The notes below the pieces were generated by a model. It saw only the letters and a program-made list of their open reading frames with translations. It had not been told where the DNA came from and did no database searches. From Mitsuaria sp. CC2 (GTDB lineage Bacteria > Pseudomonadota > Gammaproteobacteria > Burkholderiales > Burkholderiaceae_C): a stretch of 24,000 nucleotides of DNA. Position 1 is the first letter of the stretch. Each line of letters opens with the position of its first letter. This document shows, piece after piece, positions 16,526 through 24,000 of this stretch. The position numbers and the translations under genes are program-made. The stretch is taken from assembly GCF_048957715.1 (NCBI RefSeq), contig NZ_JARVXN010000014.1, forward strand, positions 64,476 to 88,475, given 5' to 3'.

Positions 16526-17951
16526 CCCAGCCCTCCTCGTTCTCCCGTCTCGCGCCGGCGCCACCGTTGGCGTCGTCCGCTTCCCCCAGTTCACTGCCAT
16601 CGGCCGCCACCGGCACCCGGACGTCGATCCGCGTGCCGCGCCGGGGCGCCGGCCCGAACTCCATCTCCCCACCTGCGAGCACGGCGCGCTCCCGCATGTT
16701 CCGCAAGCCCGACGCATCCACGCGCACATGGCCGGGTCCGACGCCGTCGTCTTCGATCCGCAACCGGTATTCGCCGTCCTCCAGGCGCGATTCGATGGTC
16801 AATTGCTGCGCCTGCGCATGCCGCAGCACGTTCGTGGCCGCCTCCTGCAGCAGGCGGAACAGCTGGTTGTGCTGCTCCGGCGTCAACGCGTCGTCGGACG
16901 CCAGGTCGACATCGACGATGAGATCGCTCTGCCGCTGCAGGCCCTGCACGTAATGCTGCACCGCGGCACCGAAACCGAAATCGTCCAGCAGCGGCGGCCG
17001 CAGCGTGTTGGCGATGCGGCGGGCGGCGCCGATGACCTCGTCGGCGATGCTCAACATTTCCTCGTGCATCGGCTCCTTGGCCGGCGCGATCTTGCGCGCC
17101 ATGGACAAGGCCAACATCTTGGCCGCGGTACCGAGCTGACCCAACTGATCGTGGACCTCGCGCGCCAGACGGCGCCGTTCCGCCTCGACGCTGCGGTCCA
17201 GTTCCGCAGCGAAGCTCTGGATGCGCTTGAGCGCCTCGGTCAATTCACGCGTGCGTTCGACGACCGCGCCTTCCAGTTGCGCATGGCTGTCCCGCAGGGC
17301 ACGTTCCGCCTGATCGCGGCGCTCGCGCTCCATCCACAGCGCGGCCATCGCCGCCGCCACCATCACGCCGCCGGCCAGCGGCAACACCTGCGCCAGCAGC
17401 GTGGTCTCCTTCGTCTGGATCGCGACGGCCGTTTCGATGCCGTCGATCCGTTGTTGCTGCAAGGACTTCAATCGGCCCAGCTCGCCGCGGATCTCGTCCA
17501 TCAGCTGCTTGCCTGCCACGTAGGCCTGGCGGTCCTTCAGCGCCGATTCGCCTTCTTTCCAGCGCCCCTCGACCTGCCGCTCGACCTGATGGAGGCGTTC
17601 GGCGATGAAGCGGTCCAGGCGCTCGAACGCGATTTCCTGCCGGTCGCCCGATCGTGCGAGCGCTGTCTTGAGTTCCACATAGTGGGCGTCGAGATCGCGC
17701 TGTGCGCGCTCGTACGGCTGCAGGAAGGCCGCGTCGCCGGTGATCAGGAAGCCGCGCGTGCCCGTCTCGAGATCGATCAGCAACGCATTGAGGTCGGAGA
17801 TCAGCCGCTGCGTGCGCAAGGCATGAGCGCGCGCGTTCTCCTGACGCGTCAATTCGCCAAGACTGCGGTACTCGCCGTAGGCGGTGGCTACAAAAGCGAT
17901 GCAGCCGGCCAGCAACAGGCCCGCAGCCACCGGAAAGGTCAGCATGCGCAT
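16506..17951 (-). CDS. Sensor histidine kinase with CHASE3-like sensor and HisKA_3/HATPase domains (NarX/DegS-like)
   Basis: 481 aa; N-terminal TM, LISDLNALLIDLETGTRGFLITGDAAFLQPYERAQRDLDAHYVELK, second TM, RRRLAREVHDQLGQLGTAAKMLAL, NVLRHAQA, LRIEDDGVGPG, GLRNMRERA. Confidence 0.93.
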   Translation of the reverse strand: MRMLTFPVAAGLLLAGCIAFVATAYGEYRSLGELTRQENARAHALRTQRLISDLNALLIDLETGTRGFLITGDAAFLQPYERAQRDLDAHYVELKTALARSGDRQEIAFERLDRFIAERLHQVERQVEGRWKEGESALKDRQAYVAGKQLMDEIRGELGRLKSLQQQRIDGIETAVAIQTKETTLLAQVLPLAGGVMVAAAMAALWMERERRDQAERALRDSHAQLEGAVVERTRELTEALKRIQSFAAELDRSVEAERRRLAREVHDQLGQLGTAAKMLALSMARKIAPAKEPMHEEMLSIADEVIGAARRIANTLRPPLLDDFGFGAAVQHYVQGLQRQSDLIVDVDLASDDALTPEQHNQLFRLLQEAATNVLRHAQAQQLTIESRLEDGEYRLRIEDDGVGPGHVRVDASGLRNMRERAVLAGGEMEFGPAPRRGTRIDVRVPVAADGSELGEADDANGGAGARRENEEGWDEISDR

Positions 17952-18248
17952 CGAAGGTCCGGGCTTGCTCGCCCGTGTTGGTACAACCCTGTGGACGACG
18001 GCATCACAGCGATGACATCCGCGCCGACATCCACCCCAGTGCTTCTGTTGCTCGCGACGTCTGGTCGCGCCTCTCTCGGGCCCCGCGTTCTGGGGCTTCG
18101 TGTCGACTCTCTCTGCGGAGACCGTTCACAGGGGTCTAACGCTAGAGGGGTAGCGCAGGAAAAGCAAGTCCCTGCTCACGTGCCGCGTACCGGGAAAGCC
18201 ACGTCTGCCCGTCGGAGACTTCGCGACCCTGGCCGAACCGGGCGGATT

Positions 18249-18283
18249 GCGGGGTCAGGACTTGACTCTCGTCTTGACCCCGC
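18249..18283. terminator. 13-bp stem hairpin GCGGGGTCAGGAC-N9-GTCTTGACCCCGC
   Basis: Continuous 13-bp helix (12 Watson-Crick pairs plus one G-U) 20 nt downstream of the alpha/beta hydrolase stop; no U-tract. Confidence 0.5.
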
Positions 18284-18303
18284 GACGCTTGCGCGGGAGC
18301 GTT

Positions 18304-19350
18304 TCAGGGTGGCTGCCATCGCGCGAGCAGCGCGGCATGGCGCCGCTGCCAGTCGCGCAGCGGCGCGTCTTCGCCGTCCAGGACGAGCCGGAGATAGGCC
18401 AGGCTGAGTTCTCGCGTGGCCGCCTTGACCTTCGGATTGAGATCGAGTCCGCCGGTATTCATGCGGTCCGTGAAGATGCTGTGCGAGCCGCCGCTGAACA
18501 TCGCCAGCGCCTTGTGTGGCCCGCCGATGGCGTCGAAGAGCGCAATGCGATCCGCAGGACCGCTGTAATAGCCGGGGATGGTGATCTCATCATCGGTGGC
18601 GCTGATGTGCAGCGTGGGAATCGCCACGCCGGACAGGATGGGCACGGGGTCGCCTTCGCCGTAGAACGGCGGCGCGGAGATCAGGATCGCCGCCTTGAAG
18701 CGCGGCTCGGCCAGCGCCGTCAGCGTGGTGCCGCCAGGCAGTCCCGCCGACGTCGCCACCCTCGCGCCGGCCAGCAGCAGGCTGGTATTGGCGCCGTAGG
18801 AGTGCCCCGCGATGGCGAGTCGCGCCGGATCAAGTCGAGGCGCCAGAGGGCCGGAGAGCAGCCGGTTCAGCGCGAAGCGCACATCCTGCGTGCGGTCGAC
18901 CGCCTCTTCTGGCTGCGCCGCATGCTGCAGCCGCAGGACCAGGTTGAGCGAGTTGGACCAGCCGAATCCGCCTGACCACAGGCGTCGGTCGCTGCCGATG
19001 TGCTGCACATGCATGGCGACGACACCGTGCGCGGCCCAGTAGCTGCCGAGATAGCTGTAGCCGCGACGAGAGCCGCCCATGCCGTGCGAGAACACCACGA
19101 CCGGCCATCCGCCGGAGGGCGCTCCGCCCTGGGGCCAGTAGACACGGACGGGCACCGCGCGCTGGCGCGTGGGATCAATCCAGTCGAAGTCCTGCCACTG
19201 ATGACTGCCGTCATCGGCAAATTGCGCGCCGGGCTGTGCGGGAAGATCGGGGCCGCTCACCGGCGCAGGCGTTGCGCAACCGATCAGCAGCGCCGCGAGC
19301 GCCGCCATCGCCGAGGCGGCGAGCACGGACCAGCGCCACGTCCTGTTCAC
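18304..19350 (-). CDS. Lipoprotein alpha/beta hydrolase (dienelactone hydrolase / PAF-acetylhydrolase-like)
   Basis: 348 aa, GTG start; lipobox LLIGC; VVFSHGMGGSRRGYSYLGSYWAAHGV...LAIAGHSYGANTSLLL (nucleophile elbow GHSYG); LHISATDDEI; GGSHSIF. Confidence 0.85.
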   Translation of the reverse strand: MNRTWRWSVLAASAMAALAALLIGCATPAPVSGPDLPAQPGAQFADDGSHQWQDFDWIDPTRQRAVPVRVYWPQGGAPSGGWPVVVFSHGMGGSRRGYSYLGSYWAAHGVVAMHVQHIGSDRRLWSGGFGWSNSLNLVLRLQHAAQPEEAVDRTQDVRFALNRLLSGPLAPRLDPARLAIAGHSYGANTSLLLAGARVATSAGLPGGTTLTALAEPRFKAAILISAPPFYGEGDPVPILSGVAIPTLHISATDDEITIPGYYSGPADRIALFDAIGGPHKALAMFSGGSHSIFTDRMNTGGLDLNPKVKAATRELSLAYLRLVLDGEDAPLRDWQRRHAALLARWQPP

Positions 19351-19354
19351 GACG

Positions 19355-20413
19355 TCAGAACAGTTCGACGTCGCTCAGGTGCTTGGCCTCGGACATCGCG
19401 CCCTGCGCGACCAGCGTGGCATGGCTCTGCACCTGGTTCCGTCCGGCGCCCTTGGCGTGGTACACCGCCTTGTCGGCGCGCTCGAACGCGGCGGCCGGCG
19501 AATCGCCGGCGCGGATCTGCGTGAAGCCGATGCTGACCGTGATGCGGCCGACCTGCGGGAAGGCGTACTGCGCGGTATTGCTGCGGAAACGCTCGAAGGC
19601 GTGGGCCGCGTCGGGCTCGTCTTCGCAGCGCATCAGCACCACGAACTCCTCGCCGCCGAAACGGTAGAGGAGATCGTTGAAACGGAAGCTGCTGCGCATC
19701 AGGCGCGACAGCAGCAGCAGGACCTCGTCGCCGATCAGATGGCCGAAACGGTCGTTGATCGACTTGAACAGGTCGATGTCGATGACACCCAGCCAGTAGC
19801 GCGGATGCACGACGGCATGACGACGATCCTGACCCGCTTCGTCATGCGCGGCGGCCTCGCTGGGCGCGCGCGTCGGCAGCTCCGACACCGCCTTCAGGAA
19901 GCTCTCGTCGAAGGTCTTGCGGTTGAGCAGACCCGTCAGCGTGTCGCGCTCGCTGTAGTCCAGCAGTCCCTGGAAGTTGTGATAGATCCGCAGCACGCTG
20001 GAGACCATGCGCTGGGCTTCGGCCTTGAGCCGGCGCGCGGTATGCAGTTCCAGCACACCGACGACCTCGCGCTCGGTGGCGAGCGGGAACAGGGTCACCC
20101 ACTCGTCTCCCTCGCGCTGCTGCAGCACACTGCGCTGCGTCAGACACTCGAGTCGGCGGGGTTCTTCGGCAAGTCTCGGCAACCGTTCGGGATCGACCCA
20201 CAGCGAGTCGGCCGTGGCGACCGGGTCCCCGGCGCGCAGACGCGCGCGGGTCAGCCAGCGTTGCTGGCCGGGCTCGCCGACGCAGCGGTAGATCGCCACC
20301 GCGGCCACGGGACCATTGAGCAGGTCACGCAACGCGGTGACGAGCGTGACGTCCATGACATCTCGGTCACGGAAGCCCGTCAGTTCGGCAAGATGGTCGA
20401 CTACCCCGGACAT
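19355..20413 (-). CDS. Diguanylate cyclase with GAF-like N-terminal domain
   Basis: DTLTGLLNRKTFDESF...WLGVIDIDLFKSINDRFGHLIGDEVLLLLSRLMRSSFRFNDLLYRFGGEEFVVLM; active GGEEF and RxxD I-site (RFND) five residues upstream. The start could instead be at MDVTLVTAL, 57 nt downstream. Confidence 0.93.
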   Translation of the reverse strand: MSGVVDHLAELTGFRDRDVMDVTLVTALRDLLNGPVAAVAIYRCVGEPGQQRWLTRARLRAGDPVATADSLWVDPERLPRLAEEPRRLECLTQRSVLQQREGDEWVTLFPLATEREVVGVLELHTARRLKAEAQRMVSSVLRIYHNFQGLLDYSERDTLTGLLNRKTFDESFLKAVSELPTRAPSEAAAHDEAGQDRRHAVVHPRYWLGVIDIDLFKSINDRFGHLIGDEVLLLLSRLMRSSFRFNDLLYRFGGEEFVVLMRCEDEPDAAHAFERFRSNTAQYAFPQVGRITVSIGFTQIRAGDSPAAAFERADKAVYHAKGAGRNQVQSHATLVAQGAMSEAKHLSDVELF

Positions 20414-20445
20414 GGTGTTTGCAGCGTGGAGGGAGGATCCTGGCG

Positions 20446-20472
20446 CCGGCTTCCCGATGTCCGGGAAACCGG
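20446..20472. terminator. Hairpin CCGGCTTCCCG-ATGTC-CGGGAAACCGG just after the chpA-like stop
   Basis: 11-nt arms with 10/11 pairing, 3 nt past the stop at 20476, between the chemotaxis kinase and the diguanylate cyclase; no U-tract. Confidence 0.45.
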
Positions 20473-20475
20473 ACC

Positions 20476-23400
20476 CTACGCCCTCGCCGGCTGAGCGGCG
20501 GACAGATGTGCAGTGTATCGGGCGATCAGACCCAGCAGGTGCTCTTCGTCATAGGGCTTGCCCAGGTAATCGTTGACTCCGAGCCGTTGTGCATACTCGC
20601 GATGTTTCTGCGCGATCCGCGACGTGATCATGATCACGGGCAGACCCGCCAGACGCGTGTCGGCGCGCAGGTTGCGGACCAGGTCGAAGCCGTCCATGCG
20701 CGGCATCTCGATGTCCGACAGCACGACCGCGGGCAACTCGTCGCCGCCCAGACGTTCCATCGCATCCAGGCCGTCCTTGGCCAGCAGCACACGATAGCCT
20801 TCGCGCTCCAGCAGGCGTTGCGTGACGCGGCGGACGGTCAGAGAGTCGTCGACCACCATCACCAGCGGTGCGAGCTGGACCTTGACTTCCTCGACCACGA
20901 CCTGACGGGCCGCCGCTTCGGCGTCGTGCACGCGCTGCTGCGCGGCATGGCCGTAGCGGTTGGCCAGCGCCACCGGGTTATAGATCAGGGCGACGTCGCC
21001 GGAGGCCAGCAGGCTGATGCCCGCCAGGCCTGGCACCTGCATCAGCTGCGGGCCCAAGTTCTTGATCACGACTTCCTGGTTGCCCAGCACTTCGTCGCAA
21101 TGCAGCGCCAGGCGTTGCTGCGCGCTGTGCACCAGCACCACCGGCAGCGTCTTGCCGTGAGCGAATCCACGATCGCTGTGGCGCATCAGGCCGCCCAGCC
21201 AATAGAACGGCATGCGCTCGCCGGCGGCCATCAGGGAGCCGTCGACATACGCCTGCTCCACCGTCTCCACCGGCAGGCGCTGCACCGACAGCATCAACGC
21301 CGCGGGCACCGCAACCTTGCGATCGCCGTAGCGCAGCACGACGACCTGCGTCAGCGCCGTCGTCAGCGGCACGCGCAGCTCGAAGCTCGCGCCCTGGCCT
21401 GCGGTCGACTGCGTCAGCACGTAGCCGCCCAGTGTGTTGACTTCCGAGCGGACCACGTCCATGCCCACGCCACGGCCGGCCATTTCGGTCAGCGCATCGG
21501 CGGTGGAGAAGCCCGGCTCGTAGATGAGGTCCATCAGCTGTGAATCGCTGATGTCCTGACCCGCCTGGATCAGGCCCTGGCTCTCGCCGCGGGCGCGGAT
21601 GCGCGCCAGGTTCAGGCCGGCACCGTCATCGCTGAAGCGGACCTGGATCTCGTTGCCTTCCTGGTGCAGATTCAACACGATCTTGCCCACCGGGGCCTTG
21701 CCGGCCTGCTGGCGGACGTCCGGCGTCTCGATGCCGTGGACCACGCTGTTGCGCAGCAGATGCTCGAAGGCGCCCGTCAGACGTTCCAGCACCGCGCGAT
21801 CCAGTTCGACGCCGCCACCGCGGATCTCGAGCTGGGCCTGCTTGCCGCTCTCGCGGGAAGCCTGACGCACGACGCGGTGCAGGCGCTCGCCCAGGCTGCT
21901 GTCGAACTCCACCATCCGCGTACGCAGCAGGTCATCCTGCAGTTCGCGCGTCAGCCGGGACTGGCCGGCCAGTTCGTCTTCGCCCGCCGCGACGTTGCGC
22001 TGCAGGCCGCGCTGGACCGTCGCCACGTCGTTGACGGACTCGGCCAGCATCCGCGTCAGTTCCTGGAAGCGGGTGTAGCGGTCGAACTCCAGCGGGTCGA
22101 AGTCCTTGCCGGTGGCCTGCGCGGCTTCCTGTCGGGCGGCGATGCGGGCCTCGGCCTGCAGCTCCAGCTCGCGCAACTGTGTGCGCAGACGCTCAAGGTT
22201 GTCGTCCAGGTCGCCCAGCGACGTGCGCATCTGGCCCAGTTCGGACTCCAGGCGGGCACGACGGATGGAGACTTCGCCCGAAAGCGCGGCCATGCGTTCC
22301 AGCAGCGCGCCACGGACGCGCACCTGCGCGGCCGGCGCGACCGGCGCGCTTTCCAGCGGCTGACCCATGTCAGCCACTTCGCTGAAGTGGGCCCAGTCGA
22401 TGTCGATGTCGGCCAGAGGCGCGGAAACCGGCGCCGCCACGGGCGCAGGCGCCTCGACGACCGGCTCGACGATCTCGGCAGCCGGCTCGACGGCGGTCGG
22501 CTCGATCACTGGTTCGGCGATCGGTGCCTCAACCTCAAGCACAGGCGCGACCGGCTCCACGACCTCGACCGGCTCGACGATCTCTTCGATCGGGGCCTCG
22601 GCCTCAACCGGCGTTTCAACGGCCGGGGCCGCGATCGCGTCGGAGCCCTCGGCAGGCGATTCAATCGCTTCCACCGCCTCGGTGGCCGGAATCGGAGCAG
22701 GCTGTTCGGCGATCGGCGCGACCGGCGCCATCGGCGCGGGCACCACCGGCGCCGGATTGCGCCAGGTGCGCTGCAGCGTCTTGAAGGAGTGCTCCAGGCT
22801 GTCGCCGGCGTCCTGCAGCGCGAGCAGCTGCTCGAAGCGCGGCTCGCCCTCGGCCACCAGATGCTCGACCTGCGATTCCAGACGGTGAGCCTCTTCACCC
22901 AGGCGCATGGCACCGGACAGGCGCGCACCACCCTTGAAGGTGTGCAGCACACGCATGCAGGCCGCGGCACGGCTGGAATCCGCCGGTTGGGCGGCCCACT
23001 CGCGCAGGGCACCGTGCAACTGGCCCAGCAGATCCTCGGCTTCCTCCTCGAAGATCGGCATCAGTTCCGGCTCGATCTGGTCGGGCTGGTTGAAGTCGAA
23101 GTCGTCGTCGGTCGCCTCGGCGGCCTGATGGAAGGCTTCCTGCGAGGTCGGGAAATCGGGCTCGGCCGCTGCGACCGGCGGCACCGGAACGCTGAGCAGG
23201 CTGGCCGGCAACGAGGCCGTGGACACTTCCTCCAGCGACATGGCCAGCAGGCCCTCGTCGCTGTCGGCATGGCCGTCAGGCAGCGGCGCCCCGGGTTCGA
23301 AGGCCTGCAGTTCGGCCAGCAGCGCCGGATCGGCTTCCTTCAGGAAACCGGCGGCGAATTGATGAAGCAGGCGGCGGATCTCGTCGGAGGCGCGCTGGAA

Positions 23401-24000
23401 GAGCGTCGGATCGCCGACTTCATGGCCCAGGGCTCGGCCCAGGGCGTGTTCCAGGCAACGGGCGAGCGTCGACAGGTCGTCGAAACCGACCGTCGCGGCG
23501 CTGCCGGCCAGGCCGTGGGCCAACGCTTCCGCTTCCTGTGGCAGCGGCGACTGCGGCAGCAGCGACCACTCGGTCAGTTCCACCTGCAAACGACGGGAAC
23601 GCTCGTCGGCTTCGTTCAGGAAGATGTTGAACAGCGCGATGCTGATGCGCAGCGGCCCGATGACCTTGACGCCCTCGTCACTGTCCTCTGCCCCCACCTG
23701 CCCGTCGACGGCCTCGCTCGGCGCATCCGCAGCCGGCGGCGTGACGGCCGTCCCGCCCACCAGGCTCAACGCCGGTGTCGCGTGCGTGGGCGGCGTGTCC
23801 AGGTCGAGGTCGGGCAGCTCCAGATCGGACAGGCTGAGCGGCGACAGGCCCTCCGGCGGCGCATCGACCAGCTCCTGACCCAGGTCCAGCGTCAGCGTCA
23901 GGTCCGGCGTCGACGCCGCCTCGAGCGTGGCCACCGGCTCAGTGTTCAGGTCCGAAAGATCCAGCAGGTCCAGCGCCGGCTCGTCGACCGCCGGCGAGAG
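20476..24000 (-). CDS. ChpA/PilL-type hybrid chemotaxis histidine kinase (Hpt-Hpt-linker-CheA core-CheW-REC), 5' end beyond the window
   Basis: Frame open to the window edge (the tracked start at 23934 is an internal GTG). Hpt-like HGLAGSAATVG and HTFKGGARLSG; HATPase HLLRNSVVHGIE, FSDDGAGLNLARI, FSTADALTEMAGRGVGMDVVRSEVNTLGG; CheW-like domain; REC LVMVVDDSLTVRRVTQRLLEREGYRVLLAKDG...VLSDIEMPRMDGFDLV...KPYDEEHL. Confidence 0.93.
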   Translation of the reverse strand, partial: LSPAVDEPALDLLDLSDLNTEPVATLEAASTPDLTLTLDLGQELVDAPPEGLSPLSLSDLELPDLDLDTPPTHATPALSLVGGTAVTPPAADAPSEAVDGQVGAEDSDEGVKVIGPLRISIALFNIFLNEADERSRRLQVELTEWSLLPQSPLPQEAEALAHGLAGSAATVGFDDLSTLARCLEHALGRALGHEVGDPTLFQRASDEIRRLLHQFAAGFLKEADPALLAELQAFEPGAPLPDGHADSDEGLLAMSLEEVSTASLPASLLSVPVPPVAAAEPDFPTSQEAFHQAAEATDDDFDFNQPDQIEPELMPIFEEEAEDLLGQLHGALREWAAQPADSSRAAACMRVLHTFKGGARLSGAMRLGEEAHRLESQVEHLVAEGEPRFEQLLALQDAGDSLEHSFKTLQRTWRNPAPVVPAPMAPVAPIAEQPAPIPATEAVEAIESPAEGSDAIAAPAVETPVEAEAPIEEIVEPVEVVEPVAPVLEVEAPIAEPVIEPTAVEPAAEIVEPVVEAPAPVAAPVSAPLADIDIDWAHFSEVADMGQPLESAPVAPAAQVRVRGALLERMAALSGEVSIRRARLESELGQMRTSLGDLDDNLERLRTQLRELELQAEARIAARQEAAQATGKDFDPLEFDRYTRFQELTRMLAESVNDVATVQRGLQRNVAAGEDELAGQSRLTRELQDDLLRTRMVEFDSSLGERLHRVVRQASRESGKQAQLEIRGGGVELDRAVLERLTGAFEHLLRNSVVHGIETPDVRQQAGKAPVGKIVLNLHQEGNEIQVRFSDDGAGLNLARIRARGESQGLIQAGQDISDSQLMDLIYEPGFSTADALTEMAGRGVGMDVVRSEVNTLGGYVLTQSTAGQGASFELRVPLTTALTQVVVLRYGDRKVAVPAALMLSVQRLPVETVEQAYVDGSLMAAGERMPFYWLGGLMRHSDRGFAHGKTLPVVLVHSAQQRLALHCDEVLGNQEVVIKNLGPQLMQVPGLAGISLLASGDVALIYNPVALANRYGHAAQQRVHDAEAAARQVVVEEVKVQLAPLVMVVDDSLTVRRVTQRLLEREGYRVLLAKDGLDAMERLGGDELPAVVLSDIEMPRMDGFDLVRNLRADTRLAGLPVIMITSRIAQKHREYAQRLGVNDYLGKPYDEEHLLGLIARYTAHLSAAQPARA
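22405..22755 (-). repeat. Low-complexity Pro/Ala/Glu/Val-rich linker-coding region inside the ChpA-like gene
   Basis: Encodes PAPMAPVAPIAEQPAPIPATEAVEAIES...VEAEAPIEEIVEPVEVVEPVAPVLEVEAPIAEPVIEPTAVEPAAEIVEPVVEAPAPVAAPVSAP; degenerate EPV/PVE/APV reiterations. Confidence 0.75.

Noticed and set aside
18080-18096. GCCCC-GCGTTCT-GGGGC hairpin in the 17952-18303 intergenic region
   Set aside because: Short GC-only 5-bp stem; too common in high-GC DNA to interpret.
18135-18146. TCTAACGCTAGA palindrome-like site upstream of the histidine kinase gene
   Set aside because: Only 4-bp arms around a 4-nt centre; expected by chance in a 350-bp intergenic region without supporting conservation.
16476-18407. 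643-aa plus-strand ORF antisense to the histidine kinase and regulator
   Set aside because: No domain-like sequence, biased composition, fully opposite well-supported kinase/regulator genes.
20419-21543. 374-aa plus-strand ORF antisense to the ChpA-like C-terminus
   Set aside because: Antisense to strongly supported REC/CheW-like coding sequence; His/Arg-rich composition typical of a shadow ORF.
1-24000. CRISPR arrays, tRNA/rRNA genes, transposases/IS elements, phage or toxin-antitoxin/defence genes
   Set aside because: Looked for regularly spaced repeats, cloverleaf-like or rRNA-like sequence, DDE/integrase-like proteins and small paired ORFs; none found. The window reads as ordinary chromosomal backbone with dense annotated-type genes.

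Overview
This is a GC-rich beta-proteobacterial (Burkholderiales-like) chromosomal window with dense coding. Almost every gene is on the minus strand. The exceptions are gpmA and the photolyase gene phr. In coordinate order it holds: the N-terminus of a chemoreceptor-like protein; a small periplasmic PBP-like protein; a porin; gpmA (+); a short PRPP-synthetase paralog; a translationally coupled yqgE-ruvX-pyrR-pyrB-pyrC'-plsC operon with a pseudo-dihydroorotase; phr (+); a minimal archaic (Csu-type) chaperone-usher pilus cluster of SCPU, chaperone, usher and SCPU; a REC plus degenerate GGDEF protein whose stop lies 11 bp before the first pilus subunit; a NarL/LuxR-type response regulator overlapping a CHASE3-type histidine kinase; a lipoprotein alpha/beta hydrolase; a GAF-GGDEF diguanylate cyclase; and the C-terminal ~1170 aa of a ChpA/PilL-type hybrid CheA. 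I see no tRNA, rRNA, CRISPR array, transposase, toxin-antitoxin or obvious defence system. The best candidate for something under-described is the contiguous block at 10434-17951, where a two-component system and a catalytically dead REC-GGDEF protein sit directly upstream of a four-gene pilus cluster. Two perfect inverted repeats lie in the only sizeable gap of its regulatory half. I cannot claim a clearly novel system from this sequence alone.
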